Origin: a virus
Taxonomy: Duplodnaviria > Caudoviricetes
Reading direction: 5' to 3' (one strand)
DNA: 62,690 bases
IMG/VR virus record: IMGVR_UViG_3300023296_000161
Span: 1 to 62,690 of that record
The position numbers and the translations under genes were made by a program. This document shows positions 1 through 10,105 of the stretch, one piece after another (within the stretch, counting starts at the first letter, position 1; each line of letters opens with the position of its first letter). The notes below the pieces were generated by a model that was given only the letters and a program-made list of their open reading frames with translations, did not search any database and had not been told where the DNA came from.

Positions 1-150
1 GGTGGTTCATCAGCGGGTTATAAACTAGCAGGTGGTGATTGTCGTTTCGTGAATGAGTTTCAGCAAGTCGCAGTAGATACATATCTTGCAAACTGGCCCA
101 ACACAAACATCAGAATGGACAGAAGAAAAGTTTTTGAAATGGAAAAATAA
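1..150 (+). pseudogene. Truncated fragment of a C5-cytosine DNA methyltransferase (5' part outside window)
   Basis: Frame 1 reads GGSSAGYKLAGGDCRFVNEFQQVAVDTYLANWPNT (end of motif I to motifs II/III of C5-MTases), then stops at 148-150 before any PC catalytic motif. Confidence 0.6.
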
Positions 151-153
151 ACT

Positions 154-957
154 ATGAAAGTAGCTATAGATAAACTCTATATTCCAACATATAACAGGGT
201 GGGGAGTCAAGCTTGTTTTGACTCCCTTCCTGTCAAGTGGAAAGAAAGGGCGGTATTGGTTGTCCATCCAGAAGAAATTCATGATGGATATCCAACGCTG
301 TCTTGCCCTGTTCAGGGAACAGGAATTGCTCCTGTACGCTACTGGATATCTAAATATGCAGAGGGTACACGATATGGCGTTATTGATGATGATTGTGTGT
401 TTCAATATACTCGCAGAGAAAATGAAGAGGGCCCTAGCAACAGGTCACTAACAGATGATGAGTTTGATACGATGATTGATTTGTTTAATTCGTGGATGGA
501 TGAAGACTTTACCTTCTGCGGCTCTGATGCAGCATGGAATCCGCCAACTAGGGACAAAGACTTTCGCACCAACTCTCGCCTCAGTGGCAACGTGTTCTAC
601 TCTGAGAAACTTCCTGTAGATGATCTTGATTGGTTAGGGTTGCCCATCTCAGAAGATTACTATGTGGCACTACAACTCTTAACTCAGGGCTATCAGAATC
701 GAGTGAGTCTCAAATACCGTATTAATCCCGGCACTACACAGGCAAAGGGGGGGTGTTCTACACAACGAACTCTTGAGATTCATAATAAATCTTTAGAACA
801 ACTCAGGGAGAAGTTTCCACAGTTCGTTCAATTGAGAGAGAAGGTGGCAAAGAGTAGTGGTGAGTGGAGTGGTAAAACTAAACTTGCTGCAACCATATCT
901 TGGAAGATGGCTTATAAATCTTCACAAGTTAGCACACTGGACGATTTCTTTACTTGA
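154..957 (+). CDS. GT-A fold glycosyltransferase, TET-associated/GREB1-like, possibly for DNA base modification
   Basis: YIPTYNR start, IDDD (DxD) motif, EDY motif, C-terminal GGCS; next to the MTase fragment. Confidence 0.65.
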   Translation: MKVAIDKLYIPTYNRVGSQACFDSLPVKWKERAVLVVHPEEIHDGYPTLSCPVQGTGIAPVRYWISKYAEGTRYGVIDDDCVFQYTRRENEEGPSNRSLTDDEFDTMIDLFNSWMDEDFTFCGSDAAWNPPTRDKDFRTNSRLSGNVFYSEKLPVDDLDWLGLPISEDYYVALQLLTQGYQNRVSLKYRINPGTTQAKGGCSTQRTLEIHNKSLEQLREKFPQFVQLREKVAKSSGEWSGKTKLAATISWKMAYKSSQVSTLDDFFT

Positions 958-984
958 CATTCTAACATAGACTATGTATAAATA
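954..984 (+). promoter_or_regulatory. Overlapping sigma70 promoter and T4-type late promoter
   Basis: TTGACA 954-959, 17-nt spacer, TATAAATA 977-984. Confidence 0.7.
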
Positions 985-1002
985 GAACATTGAAGGGTTT
1001 CA

Positions 1003-1848
1003 ATGAACCCACACCTTTATTTAATGGATATGGAGAGATTTATGCCACTGCAAGCCTATATTAAGCAATTGCGCCCCCGCACAGAATCATACACCCCCCA
1101 TGTCGATAGGATTCAGTCTATATTAGTTGAAAGTTCAAAGTCTGACAGGTATGAAAAGGATGTTGCTGATACTCTTAATAAAATAAAGGATGTGACTGCT
1201 GAAAGACCTAAAGTTTCAACAGCATATGCAGATATTCGAGTTACAGCGCAAAATGGTAACACTTCTTGGATAGAAGTTAAAATGAACCATACAGATAATC
1301 TAGGAAACCCTAGAGTATTTTTTGATGGTAAAAAGTGGGATACTACATACACCACATCATCTGCACATAAATCTGTGGAATTATTAAACAAATCTGACCA
1401 GACTAAAGATTTTCTTAAAGCTATTTCAAAATTTTCTGGAATAAAAAATCCTAAAATCCCAACCACAAAAGGTGGACTACGAGATAAAGATGCTGTTCCT
1501 CTAGAGGTTATGAGGGAGTATTTTTCTCAACCCGGAATCAATAGATACATCATGACTGAACCTGATGTTAATTTGGGTGAGGTAATAACAGATCATTATT
1601 TAAATGGCAAAGCAGAACCAGCATATTATATGCAAGCCGGTGATGATTTTTATATGATAGGAAGATCAAATCCTTTAAAATTAAATAACAGCATTCCTTT
1701 ATTAAGTGGTGCTGGACCTTTTAGAATAAGAATTGCGACAAGATCATCATATTATGAGGTTCAAGCAGAATTAAAAATTCAAGAGATGCCAAAAAGCAGA
1801 TATTCAATAATGCCGAATACTAAAAAAATAAATCCCTTTAAGGTATGA
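1003..1848 (+). CDS. Putative PD-(D/E)xK-fold nuclease (start may be 1024 or 1042)
   Basis: 281-aa ORF with AD...WIEVK motif. Confidence 0.5.
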   Translation: MNPHLYLMDMERFMPLQAYIKQLRPRTESYTPHVDRIQSILVESSKSDRYEKDVADTLNKIKDVTAERPKVSTAYADIRVTAQNGNTSWIEVKMNHTDNLGNPRVFFDGKKWDTTYTTSSAHKSVELLNKSDQTKDFLKAISKFSGIKNPKIPTTKGGLRDKDAVPLEVMREYFSQPGINRYIMTEPDVNLGEVITDHYLNGKAEPAYYMQAGDDFYMIGRSNPLKLNNSIPLLSGAGPFRIRIATRSSYYEVQAELKIQEMPKSRYSIMPNTKKINPFKV

Positions 1849-1852
1849 TATA

Positions 1853-3097
1853 ATGATGTCATTTTCAGAAATGCTCACAGAAGATAAGGGTGGAAAGAAT
1901 CTACACCTTGAACATCTAGAGGATGAAATCCTTAACTTTGGTGTTGATGGTGGTCGTGCTGCTCTTAACTTCTTACGTTCTCTGCGAGATATGCTGAGCG
2001 GCTCTGCCCGTTCCAGCGTTAACATCACGGAAAAATGGGACGGCAGCCCAGCCGTGTTCGCTGGTATTGAACCAGAGACAGGTGACTTTTTTGTGGCTAA
2101 AAAGTCTGTCTTTAACGCAACACCGAAATTATACAAAACTGCAAAAGAAATTGACGATGACTTGTCTGGTAATCTCAATTCAAAGTTTAAAGTTGCACTT
2201 AAAGAGTTTTCCAAGTTGGGTATTAAAAATGTCCTACAGGGTGATCTTATGTTCACCGATGATGTGACCACAGAGACTATCGACGGTACAAAGTATTATA
2301 CCTTCCAACCCAATACCATCGTTTATGCTGTTCCAGTAGATAGCGCATTAGGCAAGACTATCAACAAAGCAAAGGTTGGTATTGTATGGCACACCACATA
2401 CACAGGCGACACCCTACAGGGAATGAAAGCTTCATTTGGTGCAAATATTAGTGGGTTGAGTAACCCTTCTAGTGTGTGGCAAGACGATGCCACATATAAA
2501 GACGTATCTGGTAAAGCCACCTTTACTGCTAAAGAGACAGAAACAATCACTGCTGTACTGTCACAAGTTGGACAAACCTTCAATAAGATCGATGCCAATG
2601 GGTTGCGTAAGTTTCTTGTTGTGCAGAATGGTATGACGGGTGCGGTCGCTGGTGCATCACTCAAGACCTATAATAACTCAAAGGTTCGTGCTGGTGAGAA
2701 GATCAGCAATCCTGCTGCACATGCAAAGGGATATGAGAAGTGGGTGTTCGACTCTATTCAGAAACAAATTGACAAGGCAAAGTCTGATAAGGGTAAGGAG
2801 AAATATACCAACATACAGAAAGAGTATGGGCGTGAAATAAAGAAACATACTCAAAATCTAATTCAAATCATTATTTTCCAGAACCTATTAGTAGATGCGA
2901 AGATGCAAATCGTTAAGAAACTAAATAGTGTCAAGGGTTTGACCGATACTTTTATTCAAACCCCAAATGGATTTAAAGTGACTAACCGAGAGGGTTATGT
3001 TGCTATTGACAGAATAAGTGGCAATGCAGTTAAACTTGTAGACCGTATGGAATTCTCGTTTAACAATTTCACTGCTGTCAAAAGTTGGATGAAATAA
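1853..3097 (+). CDS. Conserved T4-like phage protein with ligase-like KWDG motif
   Basis: KNLHLEHLED, EKWDGSPA, QGDLMF, EGYVA and KLVDR motifs follow the ATP-dependent ligase/nucleotidyltransferase pattern. Confidence 0.65.
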   Translation: MMSFSEMLTEDKGGKNLHLEHLEDEILNFGVDGGRAALNFLRSLRDMLSGSARSSVNITEKWDGSPAVFAGIEPETGDFFVAKKSVFNATPKLYKTAKEIDDDLSGNLNSKFKVALKEFSKLGIKNVLQGDLMFTDDVTTETIDGTKYYTFQPNTIVYAVPVDSALGKTINKAKVGIVWHTTYTGDTLQGMKASFGANISGLSNPSSVWQDDATYKDVSGKATFTAKETETITAVLSQVGQTFNKIDANGLRKFLVVQNGMTGAVAGASLKTYNNSKVRAGEKISNPAAHAKGYEKWVFDSIQKQIDKAKSDKGKEKYTNIQKEYGREIKKHTQNLIQIIIFQNLLVDAKMQIVKKLNSVKGLTDTFIQTPNGFKVTNREGYVAIDRISGNAVKLVDRMEFSFNNFTAVKSWMK

Positions 3098-6000
3098 TGC
3101 GTAGTTTTAGAGAATTAACAGAGGCTAAAGAAACCGTAGTATTCGGATTCGGAAGATTCAATCCACCTACAACGGGTCATGAGAAGTTGATTGAGAAGGT
3201 TGCTTCTGTTGCAAAAGGCAATCCATTCTTCATATACCCCTCTCACACTACTGGTCCTAAAGACCCCCTGCCCCATGCAAAGAAAGTTGCATGGATGAGA
3301 AAGATGTTCCCCAAGTATAAGAAAAACATCATTGCAGACAATAATGCCAAGACTGCTATTCATATTGCAGAAAAACTCTACAAGGATGGATACAAGAACC
3401 TAATCATGGTTGCTGGTTCTGACCGCTTGAAAGAATTTGAAACTCTATTAACTCGTTATAATGATGCACCTGATAAGAAGGGTAATCAACTCTTCAAGTT
3501 TGATTCCGTGAAAGTGGTTAGTGCGGGGGAACGTGATCCTGATGCTGAAGGTGTATCAGGTATGTCTGCATCTAAGATGAGAGCAGCTGCTGAGAAAGGT
3601 GACTTTGATTCCTTCAAGACAGGTATTCCTGCTACATTGGGTGATGCTGATAAGAAGAAGCTTTACTTTGAAGTTCGTAAGAATATGGGTATTCGTGAAG
3701 AACGTGCAATGGGCGAAGACTATGATTCCTTGCGTGATGCATATCTCACAGGTAAAATCTGGAACGTGGGTGAGATTGTAGAAGCCAAGGGTAATCGTGG
3801 TGAAGTTGTTCGTAAGGGTACAAACTATCTCTCATTCGTGACTGAGGACGGTAAGGTTCATAAGGCATGGCTTCATGAGATTTTGGTAGAGGAAATCACC
3901 AAGAGAGACTTGGATCAAGTAGAGAAATTCGCAGATAGATTGTTTGCTGCGGTTGGTATTGATGTAGAGTTTACAAGACACTTCCTTGACCGTGTGAATG
4001 ATGCCCGTAATAAGAAAGATATTACCACTTCTGAATTGACCCGTCTGTTCAAACAATCATTTAAGAAATATGGTAAGAAGATTGCTCAACTTGGTCCTGA
4101 TGCTGAAGCAGTTATCAATGACATGAAGACTGACGTAAATGTGCCTTTTGTTCTCAACCTCAAAGGTAATGAATTAGAGTTGGTTGCAAAAACAGTTATG
4201 CGTAAGAAAGACTTCAAGACTTCTGGCCCCAAACTATCGTTTGAAGACCTTGTTGGTGGAAAACAAATGAGTGGTCCTACAGGACAAATCTTTTCTATGA
4301 AAGAAGCAAAGTCTCCCCTGCAAAAATTAAAAGATTTTGATAAGTCTAGAGTTGCTGTCGGGAAACCCCCCATCTTTAAGGATAAACCTACACCGGAGTG
4401 GGTTCGTATGAAGAAGTCTGGTATGATGACAACCATGAACGTGCCCACTGATGAAATTGACAAGTTTGAGAAGAGGGGTTATAAGATCATTGAGGGTGTT
4501 GAACTTGATGAGCGCAACTATGCCAAGGAATATGCGAACTACGGAGGCAAACCAGAACAGATTGCCCGCCGTTCTTCAAGGAACAAGGCTCGTAGGGCAA
4601 TGGGTGATAAGGCAGTTAAGGGTATGGACGTTGGACATAAGGACAATAACCCACTGAACAACTCTCCTGAGAACCTACGCAATGAAGACCCATCAAAGAA
4701 TCGCAGGGAACCACGGTTGCGTGAGGTAAAAGCACCTGATATTAATAAGGGCGATACCATTATTCTTTCTAAATCAAAACGTCCATATAGGGTGGCTGGG
4801 GTTATAGACCCAAAGAAGACATTTCCAGCAGAATCTGACAAAATGGTTGTTCAGAAGATTACAAAAACCAGCAAAGGTCGCAAAGCACATCTCATATATC
4901 ATGATACTAAAAAGAGAGGTGGATTTGCGGTTTTTCTAGATCAGATGCCTGATTTTATGTCTGTTAAGATTGCAGAAGAAGTTGAACTTGATGAAGCATG
5001 GTATAAAGTAGCAATAGCAAAAATTAGTCAATTGAACCACCCTAAAGATTATGAAAAAATGCTCAAACAATATATGTCTGATATGAAAAAACCAGAACTA
5101 AAAAACAAGACTGCTTCTTATATCGCAGCAAGGATTGCCAATGATTATAAGGGTCAGGACGGTAGAAAACTTGTTCAGTATATCAACAAACTGGTTGATG
5201 ATGGTAAGCTCCCCAAAGAACTCAAGGCAGAATATCAAGAGGAAAAAACAATGCAGACCTTTTCTGACCTAGTTAAACAGATTAATGAAGTTAAACAAGA
5301 TAAAGATGTTGATGATAAGAAGGGCACACAACCAGCAAAGTATTATGCTGGTGATATGGCAAAGTCTACTAAAGACAAGAGGGATGCACACTTCAAATCA
5401 AAGAAGGTTGGTCCTGCTCCCGGCGATGCTGATGCAGAAACCAAACCCTCTACACACACCAAGAAGTTCAAACAGATGTTTGGTGAAGTGCTTCCTGATG
5501 ATGCAGATCAGGGAGACTATATCGATGATTTCGAGAAGTCAGATGCACCACAGTTTAAGGGTAAGTCTAAAGAGAAACGCAAGGACATGGCTATTGCTGC
5601 ATACCTCTCAAAGAATGAAGAAGTTGAACTTGACGAAAAGATTGCAGGTTTGGTAAAGAAGTCAGAGAAATCTGGTATGTCATATTCTATTTTGAAAAAG
5701 GTTTATGACCGTGGTATGGCTGCATGGAAGACGGGCCATCGTCCCGGTACTACACCTCAACAGTGGGCATTTGCAAGGGTTAACTCCTTCACAACCAAGT
5801 CAGCTGGAACTTGGGGTAAGGCAGACAAAGACCTTGCAAAACAGGTGGAACAGATAGAAGAAGCTTGTTGGGTTGGATACAAACAGGTTGGTATGAAAAA
5901 GAAGGGCAATAAAGAAGTCCCTAATTGTGTACCAGAAGAGAAAGAATTAAATGAGTGGGGCGAGATTGAGGAAGAATCAGAGTATCAAGGCCGTAAGGTT

Positions 6001-6213
6001 ACGCTCAATAAACCCACAGCGGGTGATGTAAAGAAGTCTAAAGTTTATGTTAAGAATGAAAAGGGTAATGTCGTAAAGGTTAATTTTGGTGATCCAAATA
6101 TGACAATTAAAAAGAGTAATCCGGCAAGACGTAAATCTTTCCGTGCTAGACACAATTGCGATAATCCGGGTCCGAAATGGATGGCAAGATATTGGTCATG
6201 CAAAGCATGGTAA
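3097..6213 (+). CDS. Large multidomain protein: N-terminal HxGH cytidylyl/nucleotidyltransferase, an HNH-like module and several small modules; probable internal head polyprotein
   Basis: FGRFNPPTTGH and MSASKMR motifs; DVGHKDNNPLNN HNH-like motif; repeated EEVELDE linkers. Confidence 0.7.
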   Translation: MRSFRELTEAKETVVFGFGRFNPPTTGHEKLIEKVASVAKGNPFFIYPSHTTGPKDPLPHAKKVAWMRKMFPKYKKNIIADNNAKTAIHIAEKLYKDGYKNLIMVAGSDRLKEFETLLTRYNDAPDKKGNQLFKFDSVKVVSAGERDPDAEGVSGMSASKMRAAAEKGDFDSFKTGIPATLGDADKKKLYFEVRKNMGIREERAMGEDYDSLRDAYLTGKIWNVGEIVEAKGNRGEVVRKGTNYLSFVTEDGKVHKAWLHEILVEEITKRDLDQVEKFADRLFAAVGIDVEFTRHFLDRVNDARNKKDITTSELTRLFKQSFKKYGKKIAQLGPDAEAVINDMKTDVNVPFVLNLKGNELELVAKTVMRKKDFKTSGPKLSFEDLVGGKQMSGPTGQIFSMKEAKSPLQKLKDFDKSRVAVGKPPIFKDKPTPEWVRMKKSGMMTTMNVPTDEIDKFEKRGYKIIEGVELDERNYAKEYANYGGKPEQIARRSSRNKARRAMGDKAVKGMDVGHKDNNPLNNSPENLRNEDPSKNRREPRLREVKAPDINKGDTIILSKSKRPYRVAGVIDPKKTFPAESDKMVVQKITKTSKGRKAHLIYHDTKKRGGFAVFLDQMPDFMSVKIAEEVELDEAWYKVAIAKISQLNHPKDYEKMLKQYMSDMKKPELKNKTASYIAARIANDYKGQDGRKLVQYINKLVDDGKLPKELKAEYQEEKTMQTFSDLVKQINEVKQDKDVDDKKGTQPAKYYAGDMAKSTKDKRDAHFKSKKVGPAPGDADAETKPSTHTKKFKQMFGEVLPDDADQGDYIDDFEKSDAPQFKGKSKEKRKDMAIAAYLSKNEEVELDEKIAGLVKKSEKSGMSYSILKKVYDRGMAAWKTGHRPGTTPQQWAFARVNSFTTKSAGTWGKADKDLAKQVEQIEEACWVGYKQVGMKKKGNKEVPNCVPEEKELNEWGEIEEESEYQGRKVTLNKPTAGDVKKSKVYVKNEKGNVVKVNFGDPNMTIKKSNPARRKSFRARHNCDNPGPKWMARYWSCKAW

Positions 6214-6215
6214 CT

Positions 6216-6223
6216 TATAAATA
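6216..6223 (+). promoter_or_regulatory. T4-type late promoter
   Basis: Intergenic TATAAATA upstream of the 6250 ORF. Confidence 0.75.
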
Positions 6224-6249
6224 GAAGACAACAAAAAAGGAACGCCGAT

Positions 6250-7845
6250 ATGTCAAATTATAGAAAAACAATGGCTCAAGCAATCAGAGAGATGTATCCT
6301 ATTAATGAGGATAACATGGAGCTGATGCGTAAAGCAGCCGGTGGTGCAATGCAGACTGTCAAAATGAAAGACGGTAATTTAAAGATGGATTCATTTACTG
6401 CATCTGCCATTATGAAAGTTTTTGATAAGGTCAATCCTGCTAATCAGAAAAAGATGGCAGATATGATCAATAAAGGCACCAAGGGCGGCATGATGAAATT
6501 GCAAGATTTTGCAATGAAACAGGTTAAGTCTGAAAATGACCCAGAGATTGAAGAAGAAGTTGACCTTGATGAAGCGTTAAAGGTTGGTCAAAAGGTCAAA
6601 GTTAAAGATAAGGGTAAGGTGGTTTCTGGTGTTATAACAAATGTCGGTAAGGGACAAACATTAGGTGTTGCTGATGTAAAACTTCCAGATGGGCGCATCA
6701 ATGTATATGATACGGATAAAATCAATGAAGAAGTTGAATTTGACGAAGACCATGCTCAGGACCAAGTTATTGCACAAATATTTGACGAAGGCACAAAACA
6801 GGTTCTTGCTCATGGGGGTAAGGGTCAGTATAAAGTAACCAAAGATGGCGATAGCATTAACATCATGCATAAGGGTAAGGTAGTTGGAACTGCTGACTTT
6901 GATAGGGGTGCAGATAGTTTCTTCGTAAGTATCAAAGGTGAGAAGGGTCAAAAGTCTTTTAAAGATGCTCAAGCAATGGCCGATTATTTTGCAAAGAACA
7001 AAATTACAGAAGAAGTTGACCTTGATGAAGGACAAAAACCATTCGTTTCATCTGATCGTGATGGCAAGCATGTTATGAGTGCTTCTGGAAAAATTGTGAA
7101 ATCTTTTAAGGACATAGATAAGGCAAATGCTTTTCTTAAAAAGAATTTTGATAAATTAAATAAAGAAGAAGCTGACCTTGATGAAGCTCGTCAACTAAAA
7201 GACCCCAAGAAAGAAACGATGGTTTCTAAGGGTGGTAAAGTTATAGTCATTGACAAGAAGGACCAAGATAAGTATCTGAAAAAAGGTTGGACCTTGGCTG
7301 AAGAATCTGACCTTGATGAAGGTAAGATGTCCCAGTTGCACCAGCATATCAAAGACAAGAAGAGTGCAGAAGAGATTGCGAAAATCATGGGCCTTGATGT
7401 AAAAACAATCAAGTCACTTATGAGCAGTCATCACCCAGAGGATGTAGAGGAAAGTGCTGCATCTGATGCTCGCCGTGCGATGGCGAAGGATAAAGACTTC
7501 TCTCGTAAAGATAGTGCTGATGATGATGACGATGCAAGTGATGATGATATCAAAGGTGCATCAAAGAATATCATGATGCAATTGAGAAAGGCGCAATCAT
7601 TGAAAGGTCGCTTTGATGTTGAATTTGCAGATGGTAAGAAGGTTAAAGTTTCTGCACCCATATCTGTGGCGGTTCAACAGAAATACAATGCACAGAAGAG
7701 GCCCGCAGATAAAGAGAAATTCCAAGCACGAATTGGTAAATCTTATAAAGATATGTTGTCTGCACTAAAAGAAGAACTACAACCCAAAAAAGAATCAATC
7801 CTAGAACGGATGAATAGAAAAATCAAGGAGAATAAACATGGGTAA
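6250..7845 (+). CDS. Modular protein with repeated EE(V/A/S)DLDE linkers; probable internal head protein
   Basis: 531 aa, late promoter, five or more acidic linkers. Confidence 0.6.
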   Translation: MSNYRKTMAQAIREMYPINEDNMELMRKAAGGAMQTVKMKDGNLKMDSFTASAIMKVFDKVNPANQKKMADMINKGTKGGMMKLQDFAMKQVKSENDPEIEEEVDLDEALKVGQKVKVKDKGKVVSGVITNVGKGQTLGVADVKLPDGRINVYDTDKINEEVEFDEDHAQDQVIAQIFDEGTKQVLAHGGKGQYKVTKDGDSINIMHKGKVVGTADFDRGADSFFVSIKGEKGQKSFKDAQAMADYFAKNKITEEVDLDEGQKPFVSSDRDGKHVMSASGKIVKSFKDIDKANAFLKKNFDKLNKEEADLDEARQLKDPKKETMVSKGGKVIVIDKKDQDKYLKKGWTLAEESDLDEGKMSQLHQHIKDKKSAEEIAKIMGLDVKTIKSLMSSHHPEDVEESAASDARRAMAKDKDFSRKDSADDDDDASDDDIKGASKNIMMQLRKAQSLKGRFDVEFADGKKVKVSAPISVAVQQKYNAQKRPADKEKFQARIGKSYKDMLSALKEELQPKKESILERMNRKIKENKHG

Positions 7846-8497
7846 GAAATATTTTGATACAAAGGCCGAAACCCTTGAATCTTCGATTCTGGGTGTTTGG
7901 ACAGAAGCAGCCAAGAAGGTTGCAGAAACCAACAAGAACAACAAATCTGATGACGGTGAGGGTCTGGACGCTGTTCAACCCAAAGCAGTCAAGAAGAAGT
8001 TTGATGACCGCAAGGACAAGGATATTGACAACGATGGTGACACTGATGATTCTGATAAGTATCTTCACAATCGCCGCAAGGCAGTATCTAAGGCAGTAAA
8101 GGACGAAGGTAACGAATTTGGAATGGCACTAAAGGCTGCCAAAGACAAGGGTGAAAAAACTTTCGTGGTTGCTGGTAAGACATACCCAGTAAAAGAAGGT
8201 TTCGCAGTACCAGAAGATATTCCCGCAATGGAAGTCGGCACAAATCGCTATCGTGACTATGCATTGGATGTCACCCCCGGCGAGACTGACCCTGAGTGGG
8301 CACAAGCCCGTGACTTCAAGGTTGCTTCAATGAAGGAAGCACTTGCAAAAATTTGGGGTTTGGATGAGAAAAAACTTGACAAAACTTCTAAAGAAGAGTA
8401 TGATGAAGAAGATGAGGAGCTCAAACCCGTTAAAGGTTCAAAGACCATGACAGGTGGAAAAGTTGCTAAAGTAGATACAAAACCTAAGATTGACTGA
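7838..8497 (+). CDS. Hypothetical charged protein, possible head/core protein
   Basis: 219 aa, AGGAG SD, DIDNDGDTDDSD motif. Confidence 0.6.
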   Translation: MGKKYFDTKAETLESSILGVWTEAAKKVAETNKNNKSDDGEGLDAVQPKAVKKKFDDRKDKDIDNDGDTDDSDKYLHNRRKAVSKAVKDEGNEFGMALKAAKDKGEKTFVVAGKTYPVKEGFAVPEDIPAMEVGTNRYRDYALDVTPGETDPEWAQARDFKVASMKEALAKIWGLDEKKLDKTSKEEYDEEDEELKPVKGSKTMTGGKVAKVDTKPKID

Positions 8498-8498
8498 A

Positions 8499-9014
8499 AT
8501 GAAAAATTTGTTGGAGTTAATGGAAGCATCTAAGGACGATCTTCCAGAAATCTATTGTGATATGGATCAGGTTCTCGTTGACTTTATCGGTGGTGCTGAG
8601 GAGGTAATTGGTATGCCTTTTGCACAGGCTGAAAAGGATGACCGCTGGGAAGCGATTAAAAACACAAAGGATTTCTGGGCAAATCTTGATTGGATGCCAG
8701 GGGCAAAACGATTGTATTCGTTTATTGCTAAGTATGATCCTCACATTCTCTCCGCAGCATCAGGTCGTGATGTTAATGCTCGGCCGGGAAAGTTGAAGTG
8801 GTTAAGTAAGAATACCAGAATTAAACGTGGTAAAACTAATCTGGTAAAACGGGAAGATAAACAGAAATTCGCAATGACTGATGGGAAACCAAACGTATTG
8901 ATTGATGATTATCTGAAAAATATTACCCAGTGGGAAGCAAAGGGTGGTATTGGTGTTTACCACACAGAAGTGGGTAAAACCATTGCTGAATTGAAACGTC
9001 TGGGTTTTAAATAG
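8499..9014 (+). CDS. HAD-family 5'(3')-deoxyribonucleotidase
   Basis: YCDMDQVLVDF (DxD) and LIDD motifs, W.AKGGIG. Confidence 0.8.
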   Translation: MKNLLELMEASKDDLPEIYCDMDQVLVDFIGGAEEVIGMPFAQAEKDDRWEAIKNTKDFWANLDWMPGAKRLYSFIAKYDPHILSAASGRDVNARPGKLKWLSKNTRIKRGKTNLVKREDKQKFAMTDGKPNVLIDDYLKNITQWEAKGGIGVYHTEVGKTIAELKRLGFK

Positions 9015-9022
9015 TATAAATA
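9015..9022 (+). promoter_or_regulatory. T4-type late promoter
   Basis: TATAAATA right after the upstream stop codon. Confidence 0.75.
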
Positions 9023-9104
9023 GAAATAATAATAGATTCTGGGACGAATAAAGCAGAGATACTTACATTTCTGCCTCCTACCTAGAAGAATAGAGGAGAA
9101 TAAA

Positions 9105-10061
9105 ATGAGCTTATGGGGATCAAGTACATCGGCGGAAAGCCGACCCAAGTTCCTACCACTGGATTCAAATGCTGCTGGATCAGGCGGAGCGAGAGAAAAT
9201 GCCATTGCTGTTGCTGGTGGTTGGGGTTTATCTCCTGGCCTTGCAGCTTCGGGTAATGATAACAAAGATGCGCAACCTGAAGTTCTGGTCTGTATTAGTA
9301 ACCTAGCAGAAGTTTTTGGTTCTGCTACACCAGTATCAATCGGATTTTCAGAAGGAGCAGTTGCTGACGCTGGAACATTTGACATTTCAATTACTTTCGA
9401 TGAAGCAATTGATGTAACGTCAGCTGCTTGGGCTGCAAATCAGACTGTTACTAACAAAGCATATATTTTACTGTCTCGTTTGGGTTCAACTGATATGGTC
9501 GAAGATAGTACTGTTATGTGTTCTTACTACTCTGGATCGGGCACTAACAAAATCACGTTCAGAGGTACTTTGACTACTTCGACGGCTGGATTTCTTGCAT
9601 TTAATGGTGCTGGTGTTGGTGATACCGCTGGTGAAGGAAGAAATGCAATTATTTTTGACGGTACTGCGAATCTCGCAGAAGAGGATGGCGGGTCGATTCT
9701 TGGACTGATGCTAGAATCAGGAACAAGAGATACACCCGGCGACAAGCTTGTTCAAGATACTGCTGCTAACGCTGGTGATGAAATACTCATGGAATCAGTA
9801 GACTTCACAATTGCGGGCGTAACAGGAACGGCTGACATTACTGACCTGACAATGACAGGCGGCGATGCTGATGTTAATATTTCTCTTGAGGGTGATACAG
9901 ACGGTCATCAAGGTGGTAGACTTGTACAAGATACTGCTGCAAATGTAAATGATCCATTCGACATGGAAGACTATACCAGCGATATTGCCGTATACACACA
10001 GGCTGGATCATCCAGTGGTACTGCTTCTGTGTTAAATGGTGTAACTGTTACTGCTGCATAA
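9105..10061 (+). CDS. Putative virion structural protein (acidic, Gly/Ala/Thr-rich)
   Basis: Late promoter, GAGGAG SD, MSLWG start, composition. Confidence 0.55.
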   Translation: MSLWGSSTSAESRPKFLPLDSNAAGSGGARENAIAVAGGWGLSPGLAASGNDNKDAQPEVLVCISNLAEVFGSATPVSIGFSEGAVADAGTFDISITFDEAIDVTSAAWAANQTVTNKAYILLSRLGSTDMVEDSTVMCSYYSGSGTNKITFRGTLTTSTAGFLAFNGAGVGDTAGEGRNAIIFDGTANLAEEDGGSILGLMLESGTRDTPGDKLVQDTAANAGDEILMESVDFTIAGVTGTADITDLTMTGGDADVNISLEGDTDGHQGGRLVQDTAANVNDPFDMEDYTSDIAVYTQAGSSSGTASVLNGVTVTAA

Positions 10062-10065
10062 GTGT

Positions 10066-10073
10066 TATAAATA
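10066..10073 (+). promoter_or_regulatory. T4-type late promoter
   Basis: Intergenic TATAAATA. Confidence 0.7.
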
Positions 10074-10105
10074 ACTATATATAATTGAAAAGTGAAAGGA
10101 AAATT

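Noticed and set aside
4975-7325. Repeated GAAGAAGTTGA(A/C)CTTGATGAA as a CRISPR array
   Set aside because: Copies are in-frame coding linkers with irregular, long spacing and no cas genes
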